From Bacillota bacterium (GTDB taxonomy: Bacteria > Bacillota > Halanaerobiia > Halanaerobiales > DATFIM01), in contig JBNJDK010000003.1 in the NCBI GenBank assembly GCA_051744805.1, positions 348 through 64,347 on the forward strand: a DNA stretch of 64,000 bases, read 5' to 3'. The position numbers and the translations under genes were made by a program. The notes under the pieces are model-generated. The model worked only from the letters and a program-made list of their open reading frames with translations. It did not search any database and had not been told where the DNA came from. This document shows, piece after piece, positions 39,719 through 49,151 of the stretch. Every line of letters begins with the position of its first letter. Positions within the stretch are counted from its first letter, which is position 1.

Positions 39719-40283
39719 GTTCAGAACTGCTATTATTATTTACAGCAATATTTTCTTGAGCTTCTTCAGTATTATTTTTATCATCTTCAAAATCTTCGCT
39801 ATCAGATTTACTAAACTGATCATCATCAACTTTTAATTCTTCTTTTTGTTCATTTAATAAATCAAGATGATTTTCTAATAATGTCTTAAATCTTATTTCA
39901 AAAAGTTTTTTCTTTTCTTTTAATTCTTCTAATTTTTTATATTCATTTTCAATATCTTCTCTAGCATTTTTCTTTATTTTTTCAGCCTGGTCCTCAGCTT
40001 TATTTATAATTAATTCAGCTTCTTTTCGTGCTCTCTGTTTTTCCTCTTTTACAGTATCTTGAATAGCCTGGAGTGTATTCCGTAATTTTTGATCAAGATT
40101 TTCATATCTTTTAAGTTCATCTTTTAATTTCTCATTTTCTTCTTGAAGTGAATTAACATTTTTCAAAGCTTTTTCATAAGCCATTCCAACATCTTCTAAA
40201 AATTCTTCTACTTCTTTTTTATTATATCCTAAAGCAGAATTTTTGAATTCTTTATTATATATATCTAGCGGAGATAAATTCAT
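39711..40283 (-). CDS. divIVA: Cell division / polarity protein DivIVA
   Basis: Has the N-terminal LSPLDIYNKEFKNSALGYNKKEVEEFLEDV, a coiled coil and an acidic tail. Confidence 0.92.
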   Translation of the reverse strand: MNLSPLDIYNKEFKNSALGYNKKEVEEFLEDVGMAYEKALKNVNSLQEENEKLKDELKRYENLDQKLRNTLQAIQDTVKEEKQRARKEAELIINKAEDQAEKIKKNAREDIENEYKKLEELKEKKKLFEIRFKTLLENHLDLLNEQKEELKVDDDQFSKSDSEDFEDDKNNTEEAQENIAVNNNSSSELD

Positions 40284-40299
40284 AAAAACCCACCTTTCT

Positions 40300-41097
40300 T
40301 TAAGTATAACGGTTCAGAATTAATTTAATACGCCCTCTATTAGATAAACCTCTTCTTTTTACTACTTCAACTCTACCACGGCCTCTTATCGATATCATAT
40401 CCTTTACTTCAACTTCCTGAGCTGGATCATCTTCCATTCTCCAGTTTAATTTAACTCTTTTATTCTTAATTTCCTGAGAAATTTTATTTCTTGAATCTCC
40501 AAAACCTGCACTTGCTACTGAATCTAATCTCATAGAAGCTACTGTTGCTTTTATTTCTTTAGTGTGTTGGGTGGGAACTATAATTTCATCTCTAGAAATT
40601 TCTGTTACTTCAACTGGAACTTCATTTACATTTGTTAATTTCATCTTGATAAAATCTTTTAAATCAGAATCAACAATTATCTGGGCAAAATCTTCCATAA
40701 CTAATAAATCACCTAAAACTTTTCTTTTAATTCCCAATCCCATCAAAGCACCTAAATAATCGCGATGGTCCACATTGCAAAAATTAAAATTACCTCCAAT
40801 TTTTAAAATAGAAATCGGTGTTTTCACATTATCAGGAAATAGATAATCAGGAAAAATAGTTATTTTTTTTCTTTCAGCTTTTTTGTAACCACCATCTTCA
40901 ATAAAATTAATATCTGAAATTTGTTTAATTAATTTTTTTGCTATTTTACGCTGGTGAGGGTTCAAAAAATCAGTTGATTGTTCACTTTTTCGTTCTATTA
41001 CAATTTCTGCTTTATCTAATATTTTATTGCCTAATATTTTTTCATTATCTCTTTTTAAGTGAGACAATAGATTTTCTTTATCTAACATTACTTGCAC
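40300..41097 (-). CDS. ylmH: YlmH-like RNA-binding (S4 domain) protein
   Basis: Has a C-terminal S4 domain (RLDSVASAGFGDSRNKISQEIKNKRVKLN). The position between yggT and divIVA supports the call. Confidence 0.85.
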   Translation of the reverse strand: MQVMLDKENLLSHLKRDNEKILGNKILDKAEIVIERKSEQSTDFLNPHQRKIAKKLIKQISDINFIEDGGYKKAERKKITIFPDYLFPDNVKTPISILKIGGNFNFCNVDHRDYLGALMGLGIKRKVLGDLLVMEDFAQIIVDSDLKDFIKMKLTNVNEVPVEVTEISRDEIIVPTQHTKEIKATVASMRLDSVASAGFGDSRNKISQEIKNKRVKLNWRMEDDPAQEVEVKDMISIRGRGRVEVVKRRGLSNRGRIKLILNRYT

Positions 41098-41118
41098 TCC
41101 CCTATTAACAAAATAAAA

Positions 41119-41388
41119 TTATATTAATATATTAATTAAAAAACTTCGAATAATACTTAAAGCAAATATTGCCACAATCGGTGAAAAATCTATACCTATA
41201 TTTGTTGTTGGTAATAATCTTCTAATTGGTGCTAAAATAGGTTCTGTAACCTGATAGGTAAATTTAATTAGTTGTCTTAACATTTGATTACTAGGGCTTG
41301 GTTGTACCCAGGATATAATTACTCTACCTATAATTAACCAATCTAAGATATTAAAAAGTACTCCTATTGTATTTGCTAACATATACAT
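41119..41388 (-). CDS. ylmG: YggT-family membrane protein (YlmG)
   Basis: 89 aa, two TM segments, and contains EPILAPIRRLLP. Confidence 0.88.
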   Translation of the reverse strand: MYMLANTIGVLFNILDWLIIGRVIISWVQPSPSNQMLRQLIKFTYQVTEPILAPIRRLLPTTNIGIDFSPIVAIFALSIIRSFLINILI

Positions 41389-41434
41389 CTACAAATTACC
41401 TCCCATTTATTATTTGCAATAAATTATTTTGCGA

Positions 41435-41842
41435 TTATTTATATAAAAATTTGTTTTTCATGTTTTCCTGTAACTTTTTTCCATCTATCTCTACATTTTT
41501 AGGTGCAAATAAAAATACACTTTTCCCAATTTTATGTGTACTTGCATTTAAACCATAGACAGCTCCACTAACAAAATTTAATATTTTCTGTGATAATTCT
41601 TTAGCACTATTTTCCAGATTAACTATTACTACATTATGATCTTTTAAACTTTTTACAATATTTTCAGCTTCTTCAAATTCATCTGGATTATAGAATAATA
41701 CTTTATATTCTTTTTTTCTATTTATACTTACAACTTTATCTGAACTTTTAGATACTTGTTGATTTTGAGGAGGATTTTCATCACCATTTTCTAATCCAAA
41801 AAAATCAAGAATTTTATTCCACTCAATTAATTTATCTGACAT
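41435..41842 (-). CDS. sepF: Cell division protein SepF
   Basis: Has a C-terminal SepF domain (VVIVNLENS...AQKILNFVSGAVYGL). Synteny also supports the call. Confidence 0.9.
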   Translation of the reverse strand: MSDKLIEWNKILDFFGLENGDENPPQNQQVSKSSDKVVSINRKKEYKVLFYNPDEFEEAENIVKSLKDHNVVIVNLENSAKELSQKILNFVSGAVYGLNASTHKIGKSVFLFAPKNVEIDGKKLQENMKNKFLYK

Positions 41843-41857
41843 AATAATTATGCCCCC

Positions 41858-42556
41858 TTAATATTTTCTTTCTCCAAATAAAGCTGTTCCAACTCTAATT
41901 ATTGTAGCTCCTTCTTCAATTGCAATTTGATAATCATTAGTCATTCCCATAGACAATTCTGTCAAAGATAACCCTTCATTATTAGCTTTTTCTTTTAATT
42001 CAGCCAGTTTTTTAAAATATGGTCTGGTATTTTCAGGATTATCTAAATAAGGAACAATTGTCATCAAACCTTTAATATCTAGGTTATCATATTTATTTTC
42101 TGCTTTTTTCAAAAAGTCAATAGTTTCATTTACTTTAAAACCATATTTATTTTCATCTCCAGAAGTATTAACTTCAACTAAAACAGGCATAACCCTATTA
42201 TTTTTTTCAGCCCTTTTATTAATTTCTTTTGCTAATCTATTACTATCAAGAGATTCAATCATTAAACAATTATCCATCCGGGTAATATACTTAACCTTAT
42301 TTCTCTGTAAATGTCCTATAAAATGCCATTTAACTTCACTATTTAGTTTATTGTTTTTACGTCTTAATTCTTGGACTCTATTTTCTCCAAATATTTCAAT
42401 ATTATTTTTTTGAAAAAATTTTATTTTTTTTGTGAAATGATTTTTGCTTACTGCAACTATAGTTATTTCAGAAGGATCTCTTCCAACTTTTTTACATGAT
42501 TCTTGTATATTATTATTAACTTTTTTTAATCTTTTTTTTAATTCTTTTTTATTCAT
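41858..42556 (-). CDS. ylmE: PLP-binding protein YggS/YlmE
   Basis: Has VAVSK (the PLP lysine), HFIGHLQRNK and SMGMTNDY. I set the start at the second ATG (42556), 6 nt after AGGAGGG. Confidence 0.9.
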   Translation of the reverse strand: MNKKELKKRLKKVNNNIQESCKKVGRDPSEITIVAVSKNHFTKKIKFFQKNNIEIFGENRVQELRRKNNKLNSEVKWHFIGHLQRNKVKYITRMDNCLMIESLDSNRLAKEINKRAEKNNRVMPVLVEVNTSGDENKYGFKVNETIDFLKKAENKYDNLDIKGLMTIVPYLDNPENTRPYFKKLAELKEKANNEGLSLTELSMGMTNDYQIAIEEGATIIRVGTALFGERKY

Positions 42557-43367
42557 TATCATCCCTCCTGGTTTCAATTTCAAAATTACTTTTAGCAGGA
42601 TTTATTAAAATTTCATCTCCAAGTTCCAATCCTTCTATGATTAAATATTTATCACCACTAAAAACAATTTCAATATTTTCTAAGGTTAAATTATTATTTG
42701 AATCAACTATTACAACCTTATAACCATTAGTGGTAGGTAAAACTGCAGAATCAGGAACAATAAGACCTTCATAAATATTTTTTATAAAAACAATTTCCTT
42801 TTTTCTTATATTTAACCACTCATTAATAAATTTTTTAAACTCTAAAACTAAAAAAGAAGTTTCTTCATAATTAATTATATTATTTAGTTTAGCTTCAAAT
42901 ATTCTACTATCTTCTTTAAACCCATTTTTTATAAAAACAGTTTCATTAATCCAAAATCTTTCAGCATTAGTTCTATTAATCTTAACTAAAGCATATATAT
43001 CACTATTATTTACAATTCTCAGAAAAGGTTCATCATTATTAATATAACTACCATTTTCTAATTTTTTATAATTATTTTTTATATTATTAAATTCATCATT
43101 CGAAATTTCATTCATATTTTCAGGAGTTAATTCATCTTCAAAATTATCATAGCTATAAGATAAAATCCCAGCCTTTCTACTGTGAATTGAAAGGTTATTA
43201 TTTTTAGAATTTATTTTAGCAATTAACTGACCTCCACTAATTCTTTGATTGGGACTAGCCTTATATGTAATTTTACCGGAAACAGGTGCTTTATATACTC
43301 TTTCTTTTCTAATTATTATTGCTTCAGTCTGAAAACTATCAGTTAATTGTCCATATTCTACTATCAT
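42549..43367 (-). CDS. HlyD / membrane-fusion-like beta-barrel protein, main body. The N-terminal signal-anchor is separated by a frameshift (see the finding at 43368-43504).
   Basis: The 272-aa track ORF has a lipoyl-like hairpin region (APVSGKITYKASPNQRISGGQLIAKI) and C-terminal beta-barrel-like repeats. The family call is tentative. Upstream in-frame codons encode KKNKTGKLIYIFIAIALIIVALYFII without any start codon. Confidence 0.6.
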   Translation of the reverse strand: MIVEYGQLTDSFQTEAIIIRKERVYKAPVSGKITYKASPNQRISGGQLIAKINSKNNNLSIHSRKAGILSYSYDNFEDELTPENMNEISNDEFNNIKNNYKKLENGSYINNDEPFLRIVNNSDIYALVKINRTNAERFWINETVFIKNGFKEDSRIFEAKLNNIINYEETSFLVLEFKKFINEWLNIRKKEIVFIKNIYEGLIVPDSAVLPTTNGYKVVIVDSNNNLTLENIEIVFSGDKYLIIEGLELGDEILINPAKSNFEIETRRDDNE

Positions 43368-43438
43368 AGTATCAGAATTATTATTTATAATAAAATATAA
43401 AGCTACAATTATTAAAGCTATAGCAATAAAAATATAAA

Positions 43439-43504
43439 TTAGTTTACCTGTTTTGTTTTTTTTTTATATTTATCATTTAAATAGTGAACCTTATTATTAT
43501 CCAT
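43439..43504 (-). other. Short 21-codon ORF with its own SD and ATG, ending just after an A10 tract. It is probably the true 5' end of the HlyD-like gene.
   Basis: AAGGTGA is followed by the ATG at 43504, giving MDNNKVHYLNDKYKKKTKQVN and then a stop. The A10 tract (T10 on the plus strand, 43456-43465) sits where the -1 frame continues into the TM helix and the 42549-43367 ORF. Confidence 0.6.
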
Positions 43505-43554
43505 ATTATCACCTTTAATACTAATTCAATATAAAATTAAAAAATCCTGCAAAT

Positions 43555-44361
43555 TTAAAATGTAATAATACTCGCCATTCTTCCAGTTTTACCCTGATCA
43601 CGACGATAAGAATAAAAGTTTTCTTTATCAGAATAAGTACACATCTTACTTTCAGTAATATTTTCTGCCATAATCCCCTCTTTTATAAGCATAATTTTAT
43701 TAAGTTTAGGTAAATCAAGTAAATAACGACCTTTACCTTTATAAACTGTAACTTCATCTATATAAGAAAATTCATTTTTGAATTTATTTATAATTTTTTT
43801 ATCAACTTCATAATAATCTTTGGAAATAGCAGGACCAATAGCAATTAAACAATTTTCATTTTCACTGTTAAACTCAATTTTCATTTTTCTAATAACTTTT
43901 ACTGCTATTTTTTTCAGGGTTCCTTTCCAGCCAGAATGTGCTAATCCTATTAATTTATTTTCTTTATCATAAAAATATAGTGGAACACAATCAGCATAAT
44001 AAGAAAATAAAGTAATATCATCAGCTTTTGTTATTAAAGCATCAGTATTTTTTATAGCATTATTATAATTTTTTCTTCCCTTACCTTTATCATTTTCATT
44101 AACAATATGAATTTCATTACCATGAATTTGTTCTGCTGATGTTAAACTGGAAAATTTTAAATTTAAATTTTTAGCAGTAATTTTTCTATTTTTTAAAACA
44201 TTTTCTTTATCATCCTCAGTATGTAACCCTAAATTAAGACTTTTATAAACACCTTTGCTTACTCCACCTTTTTTGGAAGTAAAATATGCATTACATCCAT
44301 TATCTTTAAAACTATTTATTTCTAAATACTTAAAATTATCTATACTTTTCCATTTGAACAT
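43555..44361 (-). CDS. pgeF: Peptidoglycan editing factor PgeF (YfiH/YlmD, polyphenol-oxidase-like)
   Basis: Contains DALIT, ADCVPL, HSGWKGT and CTY...FYSYRRD. Confidence 0.9.
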   Translation of the reverse strand: MFKWKSIDNFKYLEINSFKDNGCNAYFTSKKGGVSKGVYKSLNLGLHTEDDKENVLKNRKITAKNLNLKFSSLTSAEQIHGNEIHIVNENDKGKGRKNYNNAIKNTDALITKADDITLFSYYADCVPLYFYDKENKLIGLAHSGWKGTLKKIAVKVIRKMKIEFNSENENCLIAIGPAISKDYYEVDKKIINKFKNEFSYIDEVTVYKGKGRYLLDLPKLNKIMLIKEGIMAENITESKMCTYSDKENFYSYRRDQGKTGRMASIITF

Positions 44362-44449
44362 AATACACCCCGCAAATCATTTAATTTAAAACTTTTTTCA
44401 ATTAAGTATATCATATGTATCATTTATTTTAAACAATTACAAAATTTTT

Positions 44450-44490
44450 CAAAAAAAGAGAAACTCGATGCCTTTTTTTATGACATCGAG
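44450..44490 (-). terminator. Terminator candidate after ftsZ
   Basis: The minus strand has CUCGAUG...CAUCGAG (7-bp stem with a large A-rich loop), followed by UUUCUCUUUUUUU. Confidence 0.55.
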
Positions 44491-44524
44491 AAATAAAATT
44501 AATAACTGTAAAATTTAAAAATAA

Positions 44525-45610
44525 TTAATTACTTTGCTTTCTTAAAAATGCCGGTATATCAAGATCTTCACCAGAAAAATTTTCAACGTCAAAATCTTCT
44601 TCAATATCTTGATTTCCATCATTTTCAAATTCATTTGATGAAGTAGTTCTTTTCTTATCTGCATCAAATCCAGTTGCAATTACAGTTACCTTAACTTCAT
44701 CTTCAAGTTCTTCATCAATTACTGAACCTAAAATTATATTAGCATCAGGGTCAGCAACTTCCTGAATAACTCTAGCTGCTTCATTAGCTTCATGAATACC
44801 TAAATCAGACCCTCCAGTAATATTTAATAAAACTCCCTGTGCACCATCTACAGAAGCTTCTAATAGCGGAGAAGCAATAGCAGTTTTAGCTGCCTCAGCT
44901 GCACGGTTTTCACCATTTGCCGTTCCAATACCCATTAAGGCTGAACCAGCATCTTTCATTATAGTTTTTACATCTGCAAAATCTAAATTGATAATTCCAG
45001 TAATAGTAATTAGATCAGAAATTCCCTGTACTCCCTGTCTTAAAACATTATCAGCAATTTTAAAGGCTTCCATTAAGCTGGTTTGTTTTTCAGCAACTTC
45101 TAATAATCTATCATTAGGAATTATTATTAAAGTATCAACTTTAGATTTCAAATCTTCAATACCCTGTTCAGCTTTTTCCATTCTTTTGGTACCTTCTACA
45201 GTAAATGGTTTAGTAACCACTCCAACAGTTAATGCCCCCTGTTCTTTAGCTGTTTCGGCAATAATAGGAGCAGCTCCTGTTCCAGTGCCTCCTCCCATAC
45301 CGGCTGTTATAAATACCATATCAGAACCTTCTAAAGATTGAGCTATTTCTTCTCGATTTTCTTCAGCTGCCTCTTTACCGATCTGAGGATCAGCACCTGC
45401 ACCTAAACCTTTAGTTATTTTTTCTCCAATTCTAATTGTCATACCTGCATTAGAAGATAATAAAGCCTGGGCATCTGTATTAATAGCGACAAATTCAACT
45501 CCATCAAGCCCTTCATCAATCATTCTATTTACTGCATTATTACCTCCACCCCCAACACCAACAACTTTTATATTTGCAAACTGTTCAACTTCTGTTCCAA
45601 TATCAAACAT
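44525..45610 (-). CDS. ftsZ: Cell division GTPase FtsZ
   Basis: Has [13 protein letters not shown], the tubulin signature [10 protein letters not shown] and the C-terminal DIPAFLRK peptide. Confidence 0.98.
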   Translation of the reverse strand: MFDIGTEVEQFANIKVVGVGGGGNNAVNRMIDEGLDGVEFVAINTDAQALLSSNAGMTIRIGEKITKGLGAGADPQIGKEAAEENREEIAQSLEGSDMVFITAGMGGGTGTGAAPIIAETAKEQGALTVGVVTKPFTVEGTKRMEKAEQGIEDLKSKVDTLIIIPNDRLLEVAEKQTSLMEAFKIADNVLRQGVQGISDLITITGIINLDFADVKTIMKDAGSALMGIGTANGENRAAEAAKTAIASPLLEASVDGAQGVLLNITGGSDLGIHEANEAARVIQEVADPDANIILGSVIDEELEDEVKVTVIATGFDADKKRTTSSNEFENDGNQDIEEDFDVENFSGEDLDIPAFLRKQSN

Positions 45611-45628
45611 TATATTTACCTCCTCTCA

Positions 45629-46897
45629 TTAGAAGAAATCCTCAAACCATGTTTTTAATTTATTAAAGAAATCATTTACTATACTCTGAGTATTTTTACT
45701 TGATTTAGTATCCTGTTCATAATTACTACCATATTCTACTAATCCTACTGCAGTAGAAAATATAGCTTTAGGAACTTTTTTATCCTTTTTAATATATACA
45801 GGATTATCTATAACATCAGAAAGACCACTTATATATGACGGTTCACCCAAACGAACAGGAAGATCAATTATATCTGTAGCTAAATTAGTAGCATCTTCAA
45901 TAAGAGAAGCCCCACCTGTAACTACCAAACCAGCTGGTGTCATATCACGAGGACCTGCCTTATGTAATTCATTACCTATCAGATCAAACAATTCTTCCAT
46001 CCTTGGTTCAATAACATTAGCAAGTGATTTTCTTTTAATATTCTTTTTATTTTTACCACTTGCTTCTAAAACATCTATATAATCTTCTTCACCTATATTT
46101 TCTGCTTTAGCTGATCCAAATTTTATTTTTAATTTTTCTGCTTCAGAAATAGGTGTCCTTAAGCCAACAGCAATATCATTACTTACATGATTACCTCCTA
46201 CAGGCAAAACAGAAGTATAGGCAATACTACCCTCATGGAAAACTATTAAATCAGTAGTTCCTCCTCCAATATCTGCTAAAGAAACACCTAATTCTTTTTC
46301 ATCTTCAGCTAATACTGATTCACTAGAAGCTAATGGTTCCAGAACAATATCATCAACTTCTAAACCTGCTCTGAGAACACTTTTTACAAGATTTTGAATA
46401 GAAGTTGCAGCCCCCTTTACAATATGGGTTTCAACTTCCAGTCTAACTCCAGACATTCCCAAAGGGTCCTTGATACCAGGACAACCATCTACTATAAATT
46501 CTCTGGGTAAAACATGTATTATTTCTTCTTCTGCAGAAAGAGGAATTATTTTTGCTGCTTCCATTACTCTTTCTACATCACTATTGGATATTTCTTTTTC
46601 TTCTCCAGTTACTGCAACTACACCATGACTATTAATAGAAGTAATGTGAGAACCTGCTATCCCAACAAAAGCAGAATCAACTTCAAATCCTGCCATTCTC
46701 TCTGCTTTTTCTACAGCGGTTTTTATAGCTCTACTAGTTTTATCAATATCTACAACTATACCTTTTCTTAGACCTTTTGACGGAGAGAGGCCTATTCCTA
46801 TAATTTCTATATTATTTTCAGTTTTAACTTCAGCAATAATTGCACAGATTTTTGTTGTTCCTATATCAAGCCCTGTAACTATCTTTTTATTCTTCAA
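45629..46897 (-). CDS. ftsA: Cell division protein FtsA
   Basis: Has an actin-fold with GLDIGTTKI and DIGGGTTD. I prefer the TTG at 46897, 9 nt after AGGAGAGGAGG. The longer track ORF adds a hydrophobic 18-aa extension. Confidence 0.9.
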   Translation of the reverse strand: MKNKKIVTGLDIGTTKICAIIAEVKTENNIEIIGIGLSPSKGLRKGIVVDIDKTSRAIKTAVEKAERMAGFEVDSAFVGIAGSHITSINSHGVVAVTGEEKEISNSDVERVMEAAKIIPLSAEEEIIHVLPREFIVDGCPGIKDPLGMSGVRLEVETHIVKGAATSIQNLVKSVLRAGLEVDDIVLEPLASSESVLAEDEKELGVSLADIGGGTTDLIVFHEGSIAYTSVLPVGGNHVSNDIAVGLRTPISEAEKLKIKFGSAKAENIGEEDYIDVLEASGKNKKNIKRKSLANVIEPRMEELFDLIGNELHKAGPRDMTPAGLVVTGGASLIEDATNLATDIIDLPVRLGEPSYISGLSDVIDNPVYIKKDKKVPKAIFSTAVGLVEYGSNYEQDTKSSKNTQSIVNDFFNKLKTWFEDFF

Positions 46898-46995
46898 AAG
46901 ATTACTACCTCCTCTCCTAAAACTAATCAATATAATTTTTATTACCTTCATAATATTAATTCAACATAAAGATGTATTTTCCTTTTTCTCATTAC

Positions 46996-47721
46996 TTAAT
47001 TTTCTGTTTTATAAACTGGTTTTTCAGGATATTCTAAATTAATATAATCAATTGCCAAATTTTCCTTTTCAATTCTTAAAATAGTGGCTTCTAAAATACT
47101 AAACTTTTTTGCTAAATTTTCTACTTCACCTAGCTTTACTTCAATATTATTATTTAAAATTAATATTTTAATTTTATATCTATTATTTTGTGATTTTTCA
47201 TATTGTATCAAATTTAAATCATTTATTAAAGGAGATTTTAAATCTTCCAACTCATGAACTAATTTTTCAAATGAAGGAGTAAATACTATTTTATTTTTTG
47301 AAAAAGAATAACCAACGCCTTTTATTAGAGGTACTTTTATATCAATATCATTTTCACTCTCTTCTAAAATATAACCTTCTTTATCAAAAACAAGTATTTT
47401 ATTGTCATTCACAATTTTGGCCAGAGGTTTCCTTTCAAGTACTTTGATCTCTAATTTATTAGGATAAATTTTATTAATTGCAATATCTTTTATATAATTT
47501 TCTTTTTCCACTAAAGTATCTTTTATATTTTCTGTATTAACGAAAATTATATTTTCGCTTTTATATTTTTTAATATTTTCGACTATTTTTTCTTCTAAAA
47601 GAACATCATTACCTTTTACAGAAAAATTATCAATTTTTAAAGCTGGAGAATATATTAATGAAAAAACTACACCAATTCCAATAAAAATAATAGTTAAAAT
47701 TCCTATTAATTTATAATTCAA
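46996..47721 (-). CDS. ftsQ: Cell division protein FtsQ/DivIB
   Basis: Has a single N-terminal TM segment followed by POTRA and FtsQ domains. It sits between murC and ftsA. It uses a TTG start after AAGGGGGGA. Confidence 0.85.
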   Translation of the reverse strand: MNYKLIGILTIIFIGIGVVFSLIYSPALKIDNFSVKGNDVLLEEKIVENIKKYKSENIIFVNTENIKDTLVEKENYIKDIAINKIYPNKLEIKVLERKPLAKIVNDNKILVFDKEGYILEESENDIDIKVPLIKGVGYSFSKNKIVFTPSFEKLVHELEDLKSPLINDLNLIQYEKSQNNRYKIKILILNNNIEVKLGEVENLAKKFSILEATILRIEKENLAIDYINLEYPEKPVYKTEN

Positions 47722-47749
47722 ACAATCCCCCCTTAGCTTAAAAAATGTA

Positions 47750-49147
47750 TTAGTAATCTTTCTTTAATAATTCAATCAATTTTTCACCACTCTTATAAAT
47801 ATCTCCTGCACCAATAGTAATAACTATATCTCGAGATTTTATTATAGAATTTAAAAAATCAGGTATTTCCTTTAATTTTTCTATATAGCTCACTTCATAA
47901 TCATAAATCCGGGAACATTTATCTGCCATTTTTTCTGCCAATAATTTGTCCTCTTCATTTTCTACTTTTTCATTAGCACTATAGATATCAGTAATAATTA
48001 ATCTATCTGCATTAGAAAAAGAATTACAAAATTCTTCAAATAAATATTTTGTTCTACTATAACGATGAGGTTGAAAAACAGCAATTACTCTATTAAAACC
48101 CGTATTAGTAGCTGCTTTCAAAGTTTCTTTTATTTCCGTAGGGTGATGTGCATAATCATCTATTACTAACACATCATCAATAAGTCCCTTTTTTTCAAAC
48201 CTTCTTTTGACTCCACTAAATTTTTCAATTCCTTTTTTAATAGCAGTAAAACTCATACCTAAATAAAGCCCTACAGAAATTGCAGCTAATGAATTTAAAA
48301 TATTATAACTACCAGGTATCTGCAAATTAATTTCCCCTATTTTTTTATTATTAAATTCAACATCAAATAAACTACCAAAGGGAAGACTTTTTATGTTTTT
48401 TGCCTGGATTTTTCCATTTTTAAAACCATAAGTTAATATATCATTATTATTTAAATCAACTAATTTATTTATGGTTTTATCTTCAGCACAAACTATTGCT
48501 TTACCCCGTTTATCAGTTTTTAATATAAATTTATTAAAAGTATCAAGTAATTTTTTTTCATTAGTATAATAATCAAGATGCTCTAACTCTATATTAGTAA
48601 CTACTGTTAGATATGGATCAAAATATAGTAAAGATCCATCACTTTCATCTGCCTCAGTTATAAAATATTCACCTTTACCAACATGAATATTACCATCTAA
48701 AATATCTAAATTTCCCCCAAGCATAATAGTGGGATCAAAATTTTTATTATTTTGAAGTAAAGATGCAATCAAACCAGTAGTAGTAGTTTTACCATGAGTT
48801 CCTGATACAGCTATCGTTTTTTTATCATTCATTAATTTTGCAATCATTTCCGCTCTTTTTAAAATATTTATTCCAAATTTTTTAGCCATTTTCAGTTCAG
48901 GGTTATCATTACCAATTGCACTTGATATAACTACTGAATCAGGTTTACCCCATCTTTTAATATTATTACTGTCATGACCAATACTAATTTTCGCCCCATT
49001 TTTCTTTAATCTTTCAATAACTTTGGAGTATTTAATATCAGAGCCACTAACTTTATAATCATTAATTAATAATAGTTTAGCTATTCCACTCATTGATATA
49101 CCACCGATACCTATCAAATGAATATGTTTTTCAGCCAAATTACTCAC
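47750..49147 (-). CDS. murC: UDP-N-acetylmuramate--L-alanine ligase
   Basis: Contains IHLIGIGGISMSGIA and GTHGKTTTT. The start is ambiguous: the GTG at 49147 or the TTG at 49138. Confidence 0.93.
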   Translation of the reverse strand: MSNLAEKHIHLIGIGGISMSGIAKLLLINDYKVSGSDIKYSKVIERLKKNGAKISIGHDSNNIKRWGKPDSVVISSAIGNDNPELKMAKKFGINILKRAEMIAKLMNDKKTIAVSGTHGKTTTTGLIASLLQNNKNFDPTIMLGGNLDILDGNIHVGKGEYFITEADESDGSLLYFDPYLTVVTNIELEHLDYYTNEKKLLDTFNKFILKTDKRGKAIVCAEDKTINKLVDLNNNDILTYGFKNGKIQAKNIKSLPFGSLFDVEFNNKKIGEINLQIPGSYNILNSLAAISVGLYLGMSFTAIKKGIEKFSGVKRRFEKKGLIDDVLVIDDYAHHPTEIKETLKAATNTGFNRVIAVFQPHRYSRTKYLFEEFCNSFSNADRLIITDIYSANEKVENEEDKLLAEKMADKCSRIYDYEVSYIEKLKEIPDFLNSIIKSRDIVITIGAGDIYKSGEKLIELLKKDY

Positions 49148-49151
49148 TCCT

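Noticed and set aside
43368-43504. A classical programmed -1 frameshift signal (dnaX-like) at the A10 tract.
   Set aside because: The slippery run is present, but I find no downstream stem-loop or pseudoknot and no upstream internal SD at the expected distance. A homopolymer error or transcriptional slippage is at least as likely, so I report it as an open question only.
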